DNA from: Snodgrassella alvi
GTDB taxonomy: Bacteria; Pseudomonadota; Gammaproteobacteria; Burkholderiales; Neisseriaceae
Length of the DNA stretch: 32,000 nucleotides
Direction: 5' to 3'
Assembly: GCF_002777425.1 (NCBI RefSeq)
Contig: NZ_MDVC01000059.1
Coordinates: 7,802-39,801, forward strand
How positions within the stretch are numbered: position 1 is the stretch's first letter; each line of letters opens with the position of its first letter. The notes beneath the pieces were generated by a model, which was given only the letters and a program-made list of their open reading frames with translations, ran no database searches and had not been told where the DNA came from. The translations under genes were made by a program, and so were the position numbers. Positions 1 to 9,681 of the stretch are shown one piece after another.

Positions 1-1106
1 GAAGCAGGCCGTACCGGATGTGCCATCGGGCCAGCATCCTCGGCAAACTGCATGCTACGCAACACCCTGACATTATGAATGCGGCGTACTGCCCTGCTGG
101 CACGATCGGCTGAAAATTCCTGATCACGGAATACCGTCAGACCTTCTTTCAGCGACAACTGAAACCAGTCACGACAGGTTACCCGGTTACCCGTCCAGTT
201 ATGGAAATACTCATGACCAATCACACCCTCAATTGCTTCAAAATCCGCATCGGTGGCCGTATCACTACTGGCAAGTACATATTTAGTATTGAAAATATTC
301 AGGCCTTTATTTTCCATGGCGCCCATATTGAAATCGCTCACGGCCACAACCATAAAAATATTCAAATCGTATTCCAGATTAAAACGCTCTTCATCCCACT
401 GCATCGCATGCTTCAGAGACTCCAGCGCAAAACCTGCCTTGGCACGGTCTTCCGGACGGGTATAAAACTTCAGCGCCACCTCTTTACCGCTACGGGTTGT
501 AAAACTGCCCTCCAGCACTGCCAGTTGCCCCGCCACCAGAGCAAACAGATAACTTGGCTTGGCAAACGGGTCACGCCAGCATACCCAATGACGGCCATTG
601 TCTAGTTCACCACTGTCAATCAGATTACCGTTAGACAGCATAACCGGATAACGCCGCTTATCACCAATAATAGTGGTGGTAAACTGACTCATCACATCCG
701 GCCGGTCAAAATAATAGGTAATCTTGCGAAAGCCTTCAGGTTCATTCTGGGTGTATAGATTATCACCAGACTCATACAGCCCCATCAATGTTTTATTTTG
801 TGCCGGATACAATCTGGTGGTGATTTCCAGCACAAATTCACTGTCTGGCGCCGCATGAATAATCAGCTTTTCATCTGCAACTGCATATTCATGTGGACAC
901 AAAGACTTACCATTTAAAACAATCTGCAATAGCTCAGCGCTGCCATCCAGTACACAAGGTTTGCCTGTCTGCCGTGGCATCACAGTCATGCGATTGAGGA
1001 CAGTGGTATAAGCATCCTCCAGAGAAAAAGTCAGATTAATATCAGCTACCGCAAAATCCGGTGCCTGATAATCTTTTAAGTAATGAACGACTTTATTTTC
1101 ACTCAT
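1..1106 (-). CDS. pepN: Aminopeptidase N (M1 family), N-terminal ~368 codons; gene continues past the left edge
   Basis: It is absent from the ORF track because it is open to the window edge. The minus-strand translation from ATG at 1106..1104 reads MSENKVVHYLKDYQAPDF... It contains GAMEN (plus coordinates ~309-323) and HEYFHNWTGNRVTCRDWFQLSLKEG (HExxH-18-E zinc site, ~150-240). I saw no stop codon in this frame. Confidence 0.9.
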   Translation of the reverse strand, partial: MSENKVVHYLKDYQAPDFAVADINLTFSLEDAYTTVLNRMTVMPRQTGKPCVLDGSAELLQIVLNGKSLCPHEYAVADEKLIIHAAPDSEFVLEITTRLYPAQNKTLMGLYESGDNLYTQNEPEGFRKITYYFDRPDVMSQFTTTIIGDKRRYPVMLSNGNLIDSGELDNGRHWVCWRDPFAKPSYLFALVAGQLAVLEGSFTTRSGKEVALKFYTRPEDRAKAGFALESLKHAMQWDEERFNLEYDLNIFMVVAVSDFNMGAMENKGLNIFNTKYVLASSDTATDADFEAIEGVIGHEYFHNWTGNRVTCRDWFQLSLKEGLTVFRDQEFSADRASRAVRRIHNVRVLRSMQFAEDAGPMAHPVRPA

Positions 1107-1353
1107 ATCTAACACTCTTAAATATCCAAATCTGTTCTGTCTATTGTACGGCTACCATGCACACAATCAACCCCATCACCGCCGTGCACAGTAGCAACAA
1201 CATTTCCGCCTTAAAATGCAGTCATTATTACCCAGACTCAATCCCTGCCATACATAATCTGTACCACTTGCATCAAGCGGGTATAGTCATATCTAACCTG
1301 ATAACCGCCACTCCCACCAATACCACTACCGGTTTTCATAATCGATAACACCA

Positions 1354-1617
1354 TCACAGCAGGCTGAACAACCACATCATTAGCAAGCCACTAATCTGAT
1401 GAATCAGAAAAAAATACCGAAAATAGCACCAGCCACAACCAGCATTCCAAATGCTTACGCCATAATATACCAGATTAGTAAAATAAATCGGATAAACGCC
1501 TTTTATCGTCGTGCTGATAAACATTCCAATACAACCATAGCCCATCACTAATCCGGTCTCAGTCCGGCGCAGGAACACATTCTCCCCTCTATAATCATTA
1601 TTCCTTAACCAGCCCAA
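1354..1617 (-). CDS. Hypothetical small hydrophobic protein (doubtful)
   Basis: This is an 87-codon ORF whose longest start is TTG. It is rich in aromatic and hydrophobic residues. I see no convincing RBS and recognise no family. Confidence 0.2.
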   Translation of the reverse strand: MGWLRNNDYRGENVFLRRTETGLVMGYGCIGMFISTTIKGVYPIYFTNLVYYGVSIWNAGCGWCYFRYFFLIHQISGLLMMWLFSLL

Positions 1618-1899
1618 CCTCGCGTGAGGTTAGCCGAAAAAATCACCACCTTAATACACACCACCCCATTCACAGCATCTGCATTCAGATATTGCCAGCA
1701 ACAGCAATAAACTGTGATACAGTATTATGACTTCAGGCTGGCTATGCAGCTAATAAGATGCACTATATTAAATACATGAATATAGGTCTGCCAGCACCAG
1801 AAAGTCATTTAGCATAAACAACCTTATACCCACGTATAATTCCCTAAAAAATAAAACCATGTTTTCGATTCCTGTTTTCCAGTCTCTAAAGGATATATC

Positions 1900-3300
1900 A
1901 TGAGCCGGCCGCCCGAGTTAAAACGTACATTGAAAAACCGACATTTACAGCTAATTGCCATCGGCGGTGCAATCGGTACCGGCCTTTTTATGGGTTCAGG
2001 CCGCACCATCAGCCTGGCAGGGCCATCCGTACTGTTTACTTACATCATCATCGGCGCATTCCTGTTTTTCGTTATGCGTGCCATGGGTGAACTGCTGTTG
2101 CACAATCTGCATTACAAATCCTTTGTCGACTTCACCACCGATATTCTTAATCCTACTGTCGGCTATTATGTTGGCTGGTCATACTGGTTTTGCTGGGTAG
2201 TAATTGGCATGGCCGATATCGTAGCCATTACCGGTTATACCCAGTTCTGGTGGCCAGATGTACCACTCTGGCTGCCCGGTATCATATGCATTATTGTCCT
2301 GCTGGTACTGAATTTATTATCCGTCAAACTGTTTGGTGAGCTGGAATTCTGGTTTGCGCTAATCAAGATTCTGGCTATTCTGGCGCTGATTGGCTGTGGC
2401 AGCTATCTGTTACTCACTGGCTTTGTCAGCTCCAGTGGCATTCAGGCACGAATCAGCAACTTATGGTCTTACGGTGGCTGGATGCCACATGGCTGGTCCG
2501 GCTTTTTTGCTGCCTTTCAGATTGCCATCTTTGCTTTTGTTGGTATCGAATTGGTTGGTACAGCATCGGCCGAAACAGACGACCCCAATACCACCCTGCC
2601 TGCCGCCATCAATAAAATACCGGTGCGCGTGATTGTCTTTTATGTACTGGCCTTAACCATCATCATGACAGTTACCCCGTGGAGCATGGTTGCGCCAGAT
2701 CGTAGCCCGTTCGTCAACATGTTCACCCTGATTGGCATTAGCGCCGCAGCCACCATTATTAATTTTGTTGTGCTCACTTCTGCCATGTCTTCTGCCAATA
2801 GCGGCATGTATTCCACTGGCCGTATGCTATACGGCCTATCAAGAAACGGCGTTGGCCCGAAAGCCTTCGCGCGGCTATCAGCTACAGGCGTGCCACAAAA
2901 CGGCCTGATCTATTCCTGTGCCCTGCTGCTGATTGGTGTTGGCCTGCTCTATGCCGAAGGTGATGTCATGAAAGTATTTACCATCGTCACCACTGTATCC
3001 AGTATCTGCTTTATCTTTGTCTGGGCAGTTATCCTGATTGCCTACCTGCGTTATCGCAAGCTCTATCCAGAGGCACACGCGCACTCAGTCTACAAAATGC
3101 CTTTTGGCATACCGATGTGCTATGTCTGCCTGATATTCTTTGTATTTGTGCTGTATCTGTTCAGTCAGGATAAGGATACCCTTACTGGCCTGCTGGCTAC
3201 CCCTGTCTGGTTTATTCTGCTGACCATGCTCCTGCCCCTGTATCGCCAGCAACTGAAAAAACGCATCACCTATTCAGATACCACCAGCACCAAGCAGTAA
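1900..3300 (+). CDS. cycA: APC-superfamily amino acid permease, CycA-like (D-Ser/D-Ala/Gly transporter type)
   Basis: The 466-aa product starts at an ATG with AGGA 7 nt upstream. The N-terminus LKNRHLQLIAIGGAIGTGLFMGSGRTISLAGPSVLF...FVMRAMGELLL and the later FVGIELVG, NFVVLTSA.SSANSG and YLRYRK blocks match my recollection of E. coli CycA almost block for block. Confidence 0.88.
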   Translation: MSRPPELKRTLKNRHLQLIAIGGAIGTGLFMGSGRTISLAGPSVLFTYIIIGAFLFFVMRAMGELLLHNLHYKSFVDFTTDILNPTVGYYVGWSYWFCWVVIGMADIVAITGYTQFWWPDVPLWLPGIICIIVLLVLNLLSVKLFGELEFWFALIKILAILALIGCGSYLLLTGFVSSSGIQARISNLWSYGGWMPHGWSGFFAAFQIAIFAFVGIELVGTASAETDDPNTTLPAAINKIPVRVIVFYVLALTIIMTVTPWSMVAPDRSPFVNMFTLIGISAAATIINFVVLTSAMSSANSGMYSTGRMLYGLSRNGVGPKAFARLSATGVPQNGLIYSCALLLIGVGLLYAEGDVMKVFTIVTTVSSICFIFVWAVILIAYLRYRKLYPEAHAHSVYKMPFGIPMCYVCLIFFVFVLYLFSQDKDTLTGLLATPVWFILLTMLLPLYRQQLKKRITYSDTTSTKQ

Positions 3301-3315
3301 CATTCAGAAAGGCTG

Positions 3316-3350
3316 TCCTGTTTAACCACCATCGGTGCAGTTAAACAGGA
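3316..3350 (+). terminator. Stem-loop downstream of the permease gene
   Basis: The arms tcctgtttaac (3316-3326) and gttaaacagga (3340-3350) form an 11-bp perfect stem with a 13-nt loop. No U-tract follows directly. Confidence 0.35.
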
Positions 3351-3369
3351 CAAAATAACCGCCAATATT

Positions 3370-3399
3370 AAATAAAGCGCTTACGCGCTTTATTTTTTA
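3370..3399. terminator. Bidirectional rho-independent terminator between convergent cycA-like gene and thiG
   Basis: The hairpin is aaataaagcgc / ttac / gcgctttattt followed by tttt. An A-run on the left gives a U-tract for the minus strand as well. The structure abuts the thiG stop codon at 3400-3402. Confidence 0.7.
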
Positions 3400-4194
3400 C
3401 TACTCATAATCAGGATAGTGCCAGAACGGCTGTCCAACCTGTGGCGTAGAAGCCTGCGCATTATGGCGCGGTACCACAGGTTCCGCTTCATAAGCCAGCC
3501 GCCCAGCATTAACCGCCAGCGCAAATGCCTCTGCCATCATTACCGGATCGCCACTGCGCGACACTGCCGTATTAAGTAATACAGCATCAAAACCCCACTC
3601 CATGACTTTTGCCGCATGCGAAGGTAAACCCAGCCCCGCATCTACAAGCAGCGGGATAGCTGGCAAGCGTTCACGCAATACATGCAGCGCGTATTCATGT
3701 ACCGGCCCCAAACCTGTACCAATTGGCGCAGCCCAAGGCATCAGTGCCCGACAGCCAACATCCAGCAAACGGCGGCAGGCAATCAAATCTTCCGTACAAT
3801 ATGGCAATACTTTGAAACCATCCTTAATCAGTATATCCGCAGCCCGTACCAACTGAAATACATCCGGCTGTAAAGTATCATCATCGCCAATCAGTTCCAG
3901 CTTGATCCAGTCAGTGTCAAATACCTCGCGCGCCATCTGAGCCGTAGTCACCGCCTCTTCCACACTCAGGCAACCGGCAGTATTGGGAAGAATAGGCAAA
4001 GCCAGCTCCTGTAACAAGCCCCATAAACCCCGACCATGCTCAGCCGAGGTAGCGCCCTGCCGGCGCAAGGCTACAGTAATCATGGCTGGTTGCGCTTTTC
4101 TTACTGCTGTACGCAGCACTTCCAGAGTAGGATAAGCAGCAGTGCCCAACAGCAAACGACTATCAAACTGCTTATCATAAAGTTGCAAAGCCAT
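3400..4194 (-). CDS. thiG: Thiazole synthase ThiG
   Basis: The product reads MALQLYDKQFDSRLLLGTAAYPT...WIKLELIGDDDTLQPDV...LPYCTEDL...MPWAAPIGTGLG. This is close to Neisseria ThiG as I recall it. The track start at 4212 is a GTG. I prefer the ATG at 4194, which has GAGGGGA 6 nt upstream. Confidence 0.93.
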   Translation of the reverse strand: MALQLYDKQFDSRLLLGTAAYPTLEVLRTAVRKAQPAMITVALRRQGATSAEHGRGLWGLLQELALPILPNTAGCLSVEEAVTTAQMAREVFDTDWIKLELIGDDDTLQPDVFQLVRAADILIKDGFKVLPYCTEDLIACRRLLDVGCRALMPWAAPIGTGLGPVHEYALHVLRERLPAIPLLVDAGLGLPSHAAKVMEWGFDAVLLNTAVSRSGDPVMMAEAFALAVNAGRLAYEAEPVVPRHNAQASTPQVGQPFWHYPDYE

Positions 4195-4424
4195 AAGCCA
4201 TCCCCTCTTCACATAAAATTAACCAATATTCCCAAATAGCCGCACTAAAAACCATCCGCAGTAAAGAATGTTAGATTTTATAACCAGAACAATAACTTTG
4301 CACCTATTTCACCTGACAGAACCACATCAGCTATTGTCACCATGCTTCGGCATATACCGAAACAGCCAGAATACTGCTTATTCCGGATACAAAAGCGTGA
4401 GCACAGGCAAGAATCAGACAAAGC

Positions 4425-4952
4425 TTACTGAAATTCCGCGTCAGATTTCTTGGTCAGGCGGCTACGCAAATCATGGCGGAAAACTTCAATCGTCCACATC
4501 CATAGCAGCGTACCCACCAGCTCAGAGAACAGCTCATCAAACGGCAGATTCCATAGTGCCGGTGACAGATTCAGTACCGGCAACATCATACCGTGAAACA
4601 GAATAGTTACCCCGATACCAAACGCCAACCCCTGCCCTAGCTTAACTTTAGGAAAAATCTCCGCAGCCATACAGTAAATCACCGCCCACACAATTGAAAA
4701 CAGAATATGCACCGCACTACCGCCCCAGTTCACCACCTGATCAGAATAGGTGTAAACCATATTGTGCATATCAATGCCCATATCCTGAATTATCTGAACC
4801 GTAGGAGCCACACGGTCTGGCATACGTGGAGGCATCACCCCTTCCGTACCCGATTTCACAAAAGCTGCAATCAGGCCACCCATAATACCGGCCAAAAAAG
4901 CCACCGCATAATTGCGGTTCGCAGGTTGTGTGCGAGTAAACAGATTAGACAT
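4425..4952 (-). CDS. yagU: YagU-family (DUF1440) inner membrane protein
   Basis: The 175-aa product has an ATG start with AAGAGGAA upstream. The blocks FVKSGTEGVMPPR, VYTYSDQVVNWGGSAVHILFSIVWAVIYCMAAEIFPKVKLGQGL and WMWTIEVFRHDLRSR parallel E. coli YagU from memory. Confidence 0.75.
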   Translation of the reverse strand: MSNLFTRTQPANRNYAVAFLAGIMGGLIAAFVKSGTEGVMPPRMPDRVAPTVQIIQDMGIDMHNMVYTYSDQVVNWGGSAVHILFSIVWAVIYCMAAEIFPKVKLGQGLAFGIGVTILFHGMMLPVLNLSPALWNLPFDELFSELVGTLLWMWTIEVFRHDLRSRLTKKSDAEFQ

Positions 4953-5354
4953 AAATTCAATTCCTCTTAATGTAATAATGATTGTTATAATTTTTTATTA
5001 ACTAATTAATAAAATAGACTCAAGTGTAAATGTAGACTAGAGATAAATTCAAGCAGATTTACCCTTTAAAGTCGAATATAGCGTCTGAATATAGCACCAG
5101 CAAAAATCTGGCTGGCTATCTTACTCATCAACACATTAATTTTATTTATAAACAAACTAGCACTATTTCAGAAAATATTCTCAGAAGAAAATATCATTTC
5201 ATTAAAAAATAAACAGATTAAATTGATTTAACAGCAGGTAAACTATCGTTCCCTTACCTGTAGACAAAATATATTCCTGTTTTTATTGGAATGACTGCAA
5301 CAGAAATACCCGCAAAATCCCATTACATAGGCAAAGACTGCCACTAGCCAAACA

Positions 5355-5383
5355 GCAAAAAACCCTGTATTCAAACAGGGTTT
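5355..5383 (-). terminator. Rho-independent terminator after thiS
   Basis: On the minus strand the sequence reads aaccctgtttgaatacagggtt followed by ttttttg. This is an 8-bp GC-containing stem with a 6-nt loop. Confidence 0.7.
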
Positions 5384-5413
5384 GCAGAAACAAATCAGCA
5401 CAGCAGCCAAATA

Positions 5414-5608
5414 CTAGCCACCCACTATCGGACTAACAATATCTACCTTGTCCTGCGGTTGCAAATGGTAGCTTGAATAGTGCTTTCTGGCGACAAAAGC
5501 CGTATTTACCGCAACAGCAAATGGCGCTTCTAGCATCAGATACTCAACCAGATCAGCGACCGTACTGCCATCAAAAACAATCACATCATCATTAACACAA
5601 ATATCCAT
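5414..5608 (-). CDS. thiS: Sulfur-carrier protein ThiS
   Basis: The 64-aa protein ends in the diagnostic ...SPIVGG. Its ATG at 5608 overlaps the thiO TGA by 1 nt (TGATG), and GGGGAGG lies 7 nt upstream. The track start at 5611 is a TTG. Confidence 0.85.
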   Translation of the reverse strand: MDICVNDDVIVFDGSTVADLVEYLMLEAPFAVAVNTAFVARKHYSSYHLQPQDKVDIVSPIVGG

Positions 5609-6723
5609 CAATCTGCCTCCCCATTCTGATTTACCGGCAAAACATCAATGTAATAGCACGCCTGAGCATCCGGCAATGACTGCTGTTGCATTAAATTCTG
5701 CAATACACGCACCGTAGCAATACTCACCGCAGGCGAAATCATAAAACCATGCCGAAACAGACCATTAACCGTTACAACACGATTCTGTGTATCATAGCGA
5801 ATTTCCGGGCTTTCATGATTAAGCGTAGGGCGCAGCTCAGCCATACTTTCCAGAATCCGAGCCTCTCCAAAAGCCGGATGAACCGTATACAGAGCAGACA
5901 TCAGCTCCAGACCACTGCGGACACTCAGATTACTGTCATCTTCACTTTCAATCTGCGTCGCCCCGATAACAAACAACTTATCCTGCTTGGGCGCAATATA
6001 AATAGGATAGCGCGGATGCAATACCCGCACCGGCCGGTGAAGCTCAATATCCGGTGCATACAGGCGCAACACCTCTCCTCGCACCCCGCGTAAACGGCTT
6101 TGACCGTGACTATTCCAGTTACCTTTGCCACCGTAGCCACGACAATCCAGCGTCCAGTGAGCCAGAGCAGCACATTCCGCCAAATCACTGCTGCGCCCCC
6201 AATGGCAGCTTACCTGCTGCCGGTCGAGCACATCCGCCAGAGCCAGCAGAGTTTGCCGGTTATCAAGTTGTCCTTCCGTCGGCAAAAACAGACCCTGCTG
6301 AAAACGGCCTGCCAGTTGTGGCTCGTGTTCACTAATTTCCTGATTATGCCATACCTGCCAGACACTGCTGTCCTGATGGGCACGTTGCAAATGCTGGGAA
6401 AACTGCTTAGCCAAAGCATGATCCTGCGGATGCCACACAATCAGCGAACCATTTTGCTGCATGAATATCGGTGTCGGAAACGAATCCACCCACTGGCGCC
6501 AGATGGGCAGACTAGCATAGCCTAGCTGTACCACCAGCGGCGTTGCTTCCACCGCTTCTGCCGTAGGTGCCAGCATCGCGGCAGCCGCAAAAGCAGCAGC
6601 ATCTTCACCATTACGCTTACCAGCATTGAACAATATCACCTTACAGCCCTGATCTGCCAATAACCATGCAGTCAGGCGACCCAATAAACCACCTCCCAGT
6701 ACCGCAACATCATATTGTTTCAT
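5608..6723 (-). CDS. thiO: FAD-dependent glycine oxidase ThiO-like
   Basis: The N-terminus has the dinucleotide-binding motif YDVAVLGGGLLGRLTAWLLADQGCKV. The gene is translationally coupled to thiS. Its size (371 aa) and context are typical of thiO. Confidence 0.8.
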   Translation of the reverse strand: MKQYDVAVLGGGLLGRLTAWLLADQGCKVILFNAGKRNGEDAAAFAAAAMLAPTAEAVEATPLVVQLGYASLPIWRQWVDSFPTPIFMQQNGSLIVWHPQDHALAKQFSQHLQRAHQDSSVWQVWHNQEISEHEPQLAGRFQQGLFLPTEGQLDNRQTLLALADVLDRQQVSCHWGRSSDLAECAALAHWTLDCRGYGGKGNWNSHGQSRLRGVRGEVLRLYAPDIELHRPVRVLHPRYPIYIAPKQDKLFVIGATQIESEDDSNLSVRSGLELMSALYTVHPAFGEARILESMAELRPTLNHESPEIRYDTQNRVVTVNGLFRHGFMISPAVSIATVRVLQNLMQQQSLPDAQACYYIDVLPVNQNGEAD

Positions 6724-6897
6724 TGTGCACCTATTTTCCTTGACCTGAATCTGTATTCAGCTCGTATCGGCCTGCATCCTGTAGCGCCAGCAATTAATCC
6801 ACACAAAACATTACACTGCGCTCAACCATCGATTTCTTGAACAAATTCACCCCAGCAGGTATAACCCCCATATTACTCATAACAGGTATACACCACC

Positions 6898-7170
6898 ATG
6901 GCCAAGGTTTTTCCGTTACATCCCAAACATCCCGAACGAATCTGTTGGGGCTGCGACAAATACTGCCGTGCCGATGACCTGCAATGCGGTAATGGCTGTA
7001 TCCGTATCCCTCACCCCTGTGAGGATTTCGGCGAACAGTGGTATCTGGATGGAGATTGGTCCGGTCTGCTCTCCGGCAAACAGCTCGCACAAATTGCCAC
7101 AGCCAGTAAACCGTCTGCGCCAGAAATCAAAGCGCAAAAACCCCACATCAAACTGGCATTAAAAAAATAG
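6898..7170 (+). CDS. Small Cys-rich protein, DUF3079-like
   Basis: The 90-aa product contains FPLHPKHPERICWGCDKYCRADDLQCGNGCIRIPHPCEDFGEQW. I recall this pattern from the DUF3079 family, but I have not verified it. The RBS is weak. Confidence 0.55.
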   Translation: MAKVFPLHPKHPERICWGCDKYCRADDLQCGNGCIRIPHPCEDFGEQWYLDGDWSGLLSGKQLAQIATASKPSAPEIKAQKPHIKLALKK

Positions 7171-7654
7171 CTTAGCCCTAATATAATAGCAAGCATATCT
7201 TGCTGTCAGAGCCTATATAGTAAAAAATCAACTTCTTTAATCTGGCTCATAATGTTTCAACCCAAATAGTCATCTATTTGTATGGGTTTAAAATTAATTA
7301 CCTTTAATATTAATATGAAATTATAAAATATTAATGTCATATCAAAGGGATAAACAGCAACTTTTATGCAAAAGCATAAAGGAAACAGATAGAAATATCA
7401 CAACTAGTACCCGTACCGCAGCAGTTGACACCTATACAATACACAATAAAAATAATACAAAATACTAGCACGGCAAGCTTAAAAACAGCCAAAACATTGT
7501 TTAAACGTGCTGCATGATGCACTTATCAGAATAATAGACTGGTTTCAGCGCACTGATATCTGAAACAAAAGTAACAGCAACGAATAGGAAAAATGATAGC
7601 AATAAATAAAACTAGCCGGCACATTCAAAAATTACTTTTGAACAAACAACACAG

Positions 7655-7691
7655 CAAATAAAAATAAACCGCCTGCAAAAATCCGCAGGCG
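7655..7691 (-). terminator. Orphan rho-independent terminator in a long noncoding stretch
   Basis: A 7-bp GC-rich stem pairs cgcctgc (7670-7676) with gcaggcg (7685-7691). On the minus strand it is followed by tttatttttattt. Confidence 0.5.
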
Positions 7692-7914
7692 AGTATTAAA
7701 TACCATCATTATCCTCTAAGTTTTAGATTATGCCTCTGTATTCTTGGCCTTTTCCAGACGAAATGTCTGCGTTACAAACTGTAATTTATGAGCACAGTTT
7801 TGGCAATAGCCCGTAAAATCACAACAACAAAAGACAATAATCATCTTATTTTTCTTAAATATTATTATTAATATTGCACAAAAAATCAGATTAACGAATT
7901 TTCTTGCCATATAA

Positions 7915-7954
7915 GCAACAAAATCGGGCAGATGACATAACCATCACCTGCCCG
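7915..7954 (-). terminator. Rho-independent terminator of pta
   Basis: The stem pairs cgggcag (7925-7931) with ctgcccg (7948-7954). On the minus strand it is followed by attttgttg. It lies 30 nt after the pta stop codon. Confidence 0.6.
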
Positions 7955-7983
7955 TACCATACAAAACCGGATGCAATAATCCG

Positions 7984-9681
7984 TTAGCTCATCTGTACCG
8001 CCTGAATTGCCGTCAGAGCAATAGTGTAGACAATATCTTCAATCAGAGCACCACGAGACAAATCGTTCACCGGTTTGTTCAGACCCTGCAACATCGGCCC
8101 AACACTCAGCACATGCGCACTGCGCTGTACGGCTTTATAAGTTGTATTACCGGTATTTAAATCAGGGAATACAAATACCGTTGCCTGACCGGCCACCTTG
8201 CTGTCAGGTGCTTTCTGTCTGCCCACGCTCGGTACACTGGCCGCATCATACTGCAAAGGTCCGTCAATATGCAGATCAGGACGTTTTTGCTGTGCCAGTT
8301 TAGTAGCAGCAGTAACCGTTTCCACATCGGCACCACTGCCTGATGAACCAGTAGAATAAGAAATCATCGCCACTTTTGGTTCAATACCAAATGCTTTGGC
8401 AGAATCCGCAGACTGAATAGCAATATCAGCCAGTTGCTCGGCAGTAGGATTCGGGTTTACCGCACAGTCACCATATACCAGCACCTGATCCGGCATCAGC
8501 ATAAAGAATACACTGGATACCAGACTGGCACCCGGAGCAGTTTTAATCAGCTGCAAAGCCGGACGGATGGTGTTGGCTGTAGTGTGTACAGCGCCGGATA
8601 CCAGACCATCCACATCACCTGTGGCCAGCATCATAGTGCCCAGCACCACCGTATCCTGCAACTGTTCAGCAGCCTGTTCAGCAGTCAACCCTTTGCTCTT
8701 TCTCAGCTCTACCATCGGCGCAATATAGCGTTCACGGATACTGTCAGGGTCAATGATTTCCAGCGAGGCTGGTAAAGTAATTCCTTTCGCCTGCGCCACT
8801 TCTTCCACTTCGGCTTTTTTTGCCAGCAGCACACAGCGGGCAATACCCTTATTTTCACAAATGGCAGCCGCAGCAATAGTGCGTGGTTCATTACCCTCAG
8901 GCAGAACAATGCGTTTATTCGCAGCACGGGCACGCGCCATCATCTGATAGCGGAATGCTGCCGGTGCCAAATGTTCTGCTACCGGTTTAGCCAGCTCCCC
9001 GCAAAGCAGCTCGGCGTTTAACTGGGCAGCCACAGCATTGGCCACATCCTGAGCCTGAGCAGCCTCTACACCAGCCGGTACAGCAGTAACCACACCGATA
9101 CATTCAAGCTTTTTACCGTGTGCAGCCAGTGCAGCCTGCACTTCTGCGGCAAAACCTTCTGCCGGTGCAGTTTGGGCATCGGCGGTTAAAATAAAGCCAC
9201 TGATTTCAGTATGGCCATGTGCATAATCATGCAAAGCCAGTTGCAACTGAACAGCCACCGCAGCCGGCGTCTGGTCAGCTACTGCCGCCACCAGAATCAC
9301 CCGTGCATTCAGTGCTGCCGCAATCTTCACATTTTGTGCAGGCAGGTAAGTCCGGCCGGCTTCAGGCACAGCACCCTCAACCACCACCACATCGTGCTTG
9401 GCCTCAGCCATCTGGTGGAAAGCAGCAACAAACTCTTCTACCACATCATCTGCCTGCCCCTGATACACACGCTCATCCAGATTCGCCAGCGACAGTGGTG
9501 CAGGCAAACTCTGCTGCAATACAGCCTGCACCAGCCCAGCATCATCCGCAGCCACATCCGTTGCTACCGGTTTGAAGTACAGCGGTACATGCCCAGCTTG
9601 TACAAAAGCCTGTGCCACACCCAAACCAACCACAGTCAGACCTGTCTGAGCCCCAGTCGGTACCAGCAAAAATTGCGACAT
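7984..9681 (-). CDS. pta: Phosphate acetyltransferase
   Basis: The 565-aa product has an ATG start with AAAGGGA upstream. The C-terminal PTA_PTB domain blocks are [61 protein letters not shown] and PLQYDAA. The N-terminal domain is short and lacks an obvious DRTGG segment. Confidence 0.9.
   Translation of the reverse strand: MSQFLLVPTGAQTGLTVVGLGVAQAFVQAGHVPLYFKPVATDVAADDAGLVQAVLQQSLPAPLSLANLDERVYQGQADDVVEEFVAAFHQMAEAKHDVVVVEGAVPEAGRTYLPAQNVKIAAALNARVILVAAVADQTPAAVAVQLQLALHDYAHGHTEISGFILTADAQTAPAEGFAAEVQAALAAHGKKLECIGVVTAVPAGVEAAQAQDVANAVAAQLNAELLCGELAKPVAEHLAPAAFRYQMMARARAANKRIVLPEGNEPRTIAAAAICENKGIARCVLLAKKAEVEEVAQAKGITLPASLEIIDPDSIRERYIAPMVELRKSKGLTAEQAAEQLQDTVVLGTMMLATGDVDGLVSGAVHTTANTIRPALQLIKTAPGASLVSSVFFMLMPDQVLVYGDCAVNPNPTAEQLADIAIQSADSAKAFGIEPKVAMISYSTGSSGSGADVETVTAATKLAQQKRPDLHIDGPLQYDAASVPSVGRQKAPDSKVAGQATVFVFPDLNTGNTTYKAVQRSAHVLSVGPMLQGLNKPVNDLSRGALIEDIVYTIALTAIQAVQMS

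Noticed and set aside
1238-1339. 33-codon Gly-rich minus-strand ORF (MKTGSGIGGSGGYQVRYDY...), bacteriocin-like at first glance
   Set aside because: It has no RBS, no neighbouring export or immunity gene, and is too short to evaluate.
1061-1348. 95-codon plus-strand ORF overlapping the pepN start
   Set aside because: It has an alternative start codon, overlaps the pepN 5' end antisense, and gives a low-complexity product with no RBS.
4195-4424. Possible riboswitch or leader upstream of thiG
   Set aside because: I found no GGGGUGC, CUGAGA or CUGGAUAAUGCCAGCG-like elements on the minus strand.
6724-6897. Possible TPP riboswitch in the thiO leader (minus strand): ggggtg ... ggttgagcg ... gtggattaattgctggcgctacagga
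   Set aside because: The order of elements resembles a THI-box. However, the invariant CUGAGA is not present, and the P5 helix (CUGG/CCAG) cannot form as written. This is too degenerate to call without a covariance-model score.
7728-7910. 60-codon Cys-rich ORF (…FCCCDFTGYCQNCAHK…) between the pta terminator and a second terminator
   Set aside because: It has no Shine-Dalgarno sequence, begins immediately after the pta terminator, and matches no family I know. I keep it only as a possible explanation for the orphan terminator, not as a gene call.
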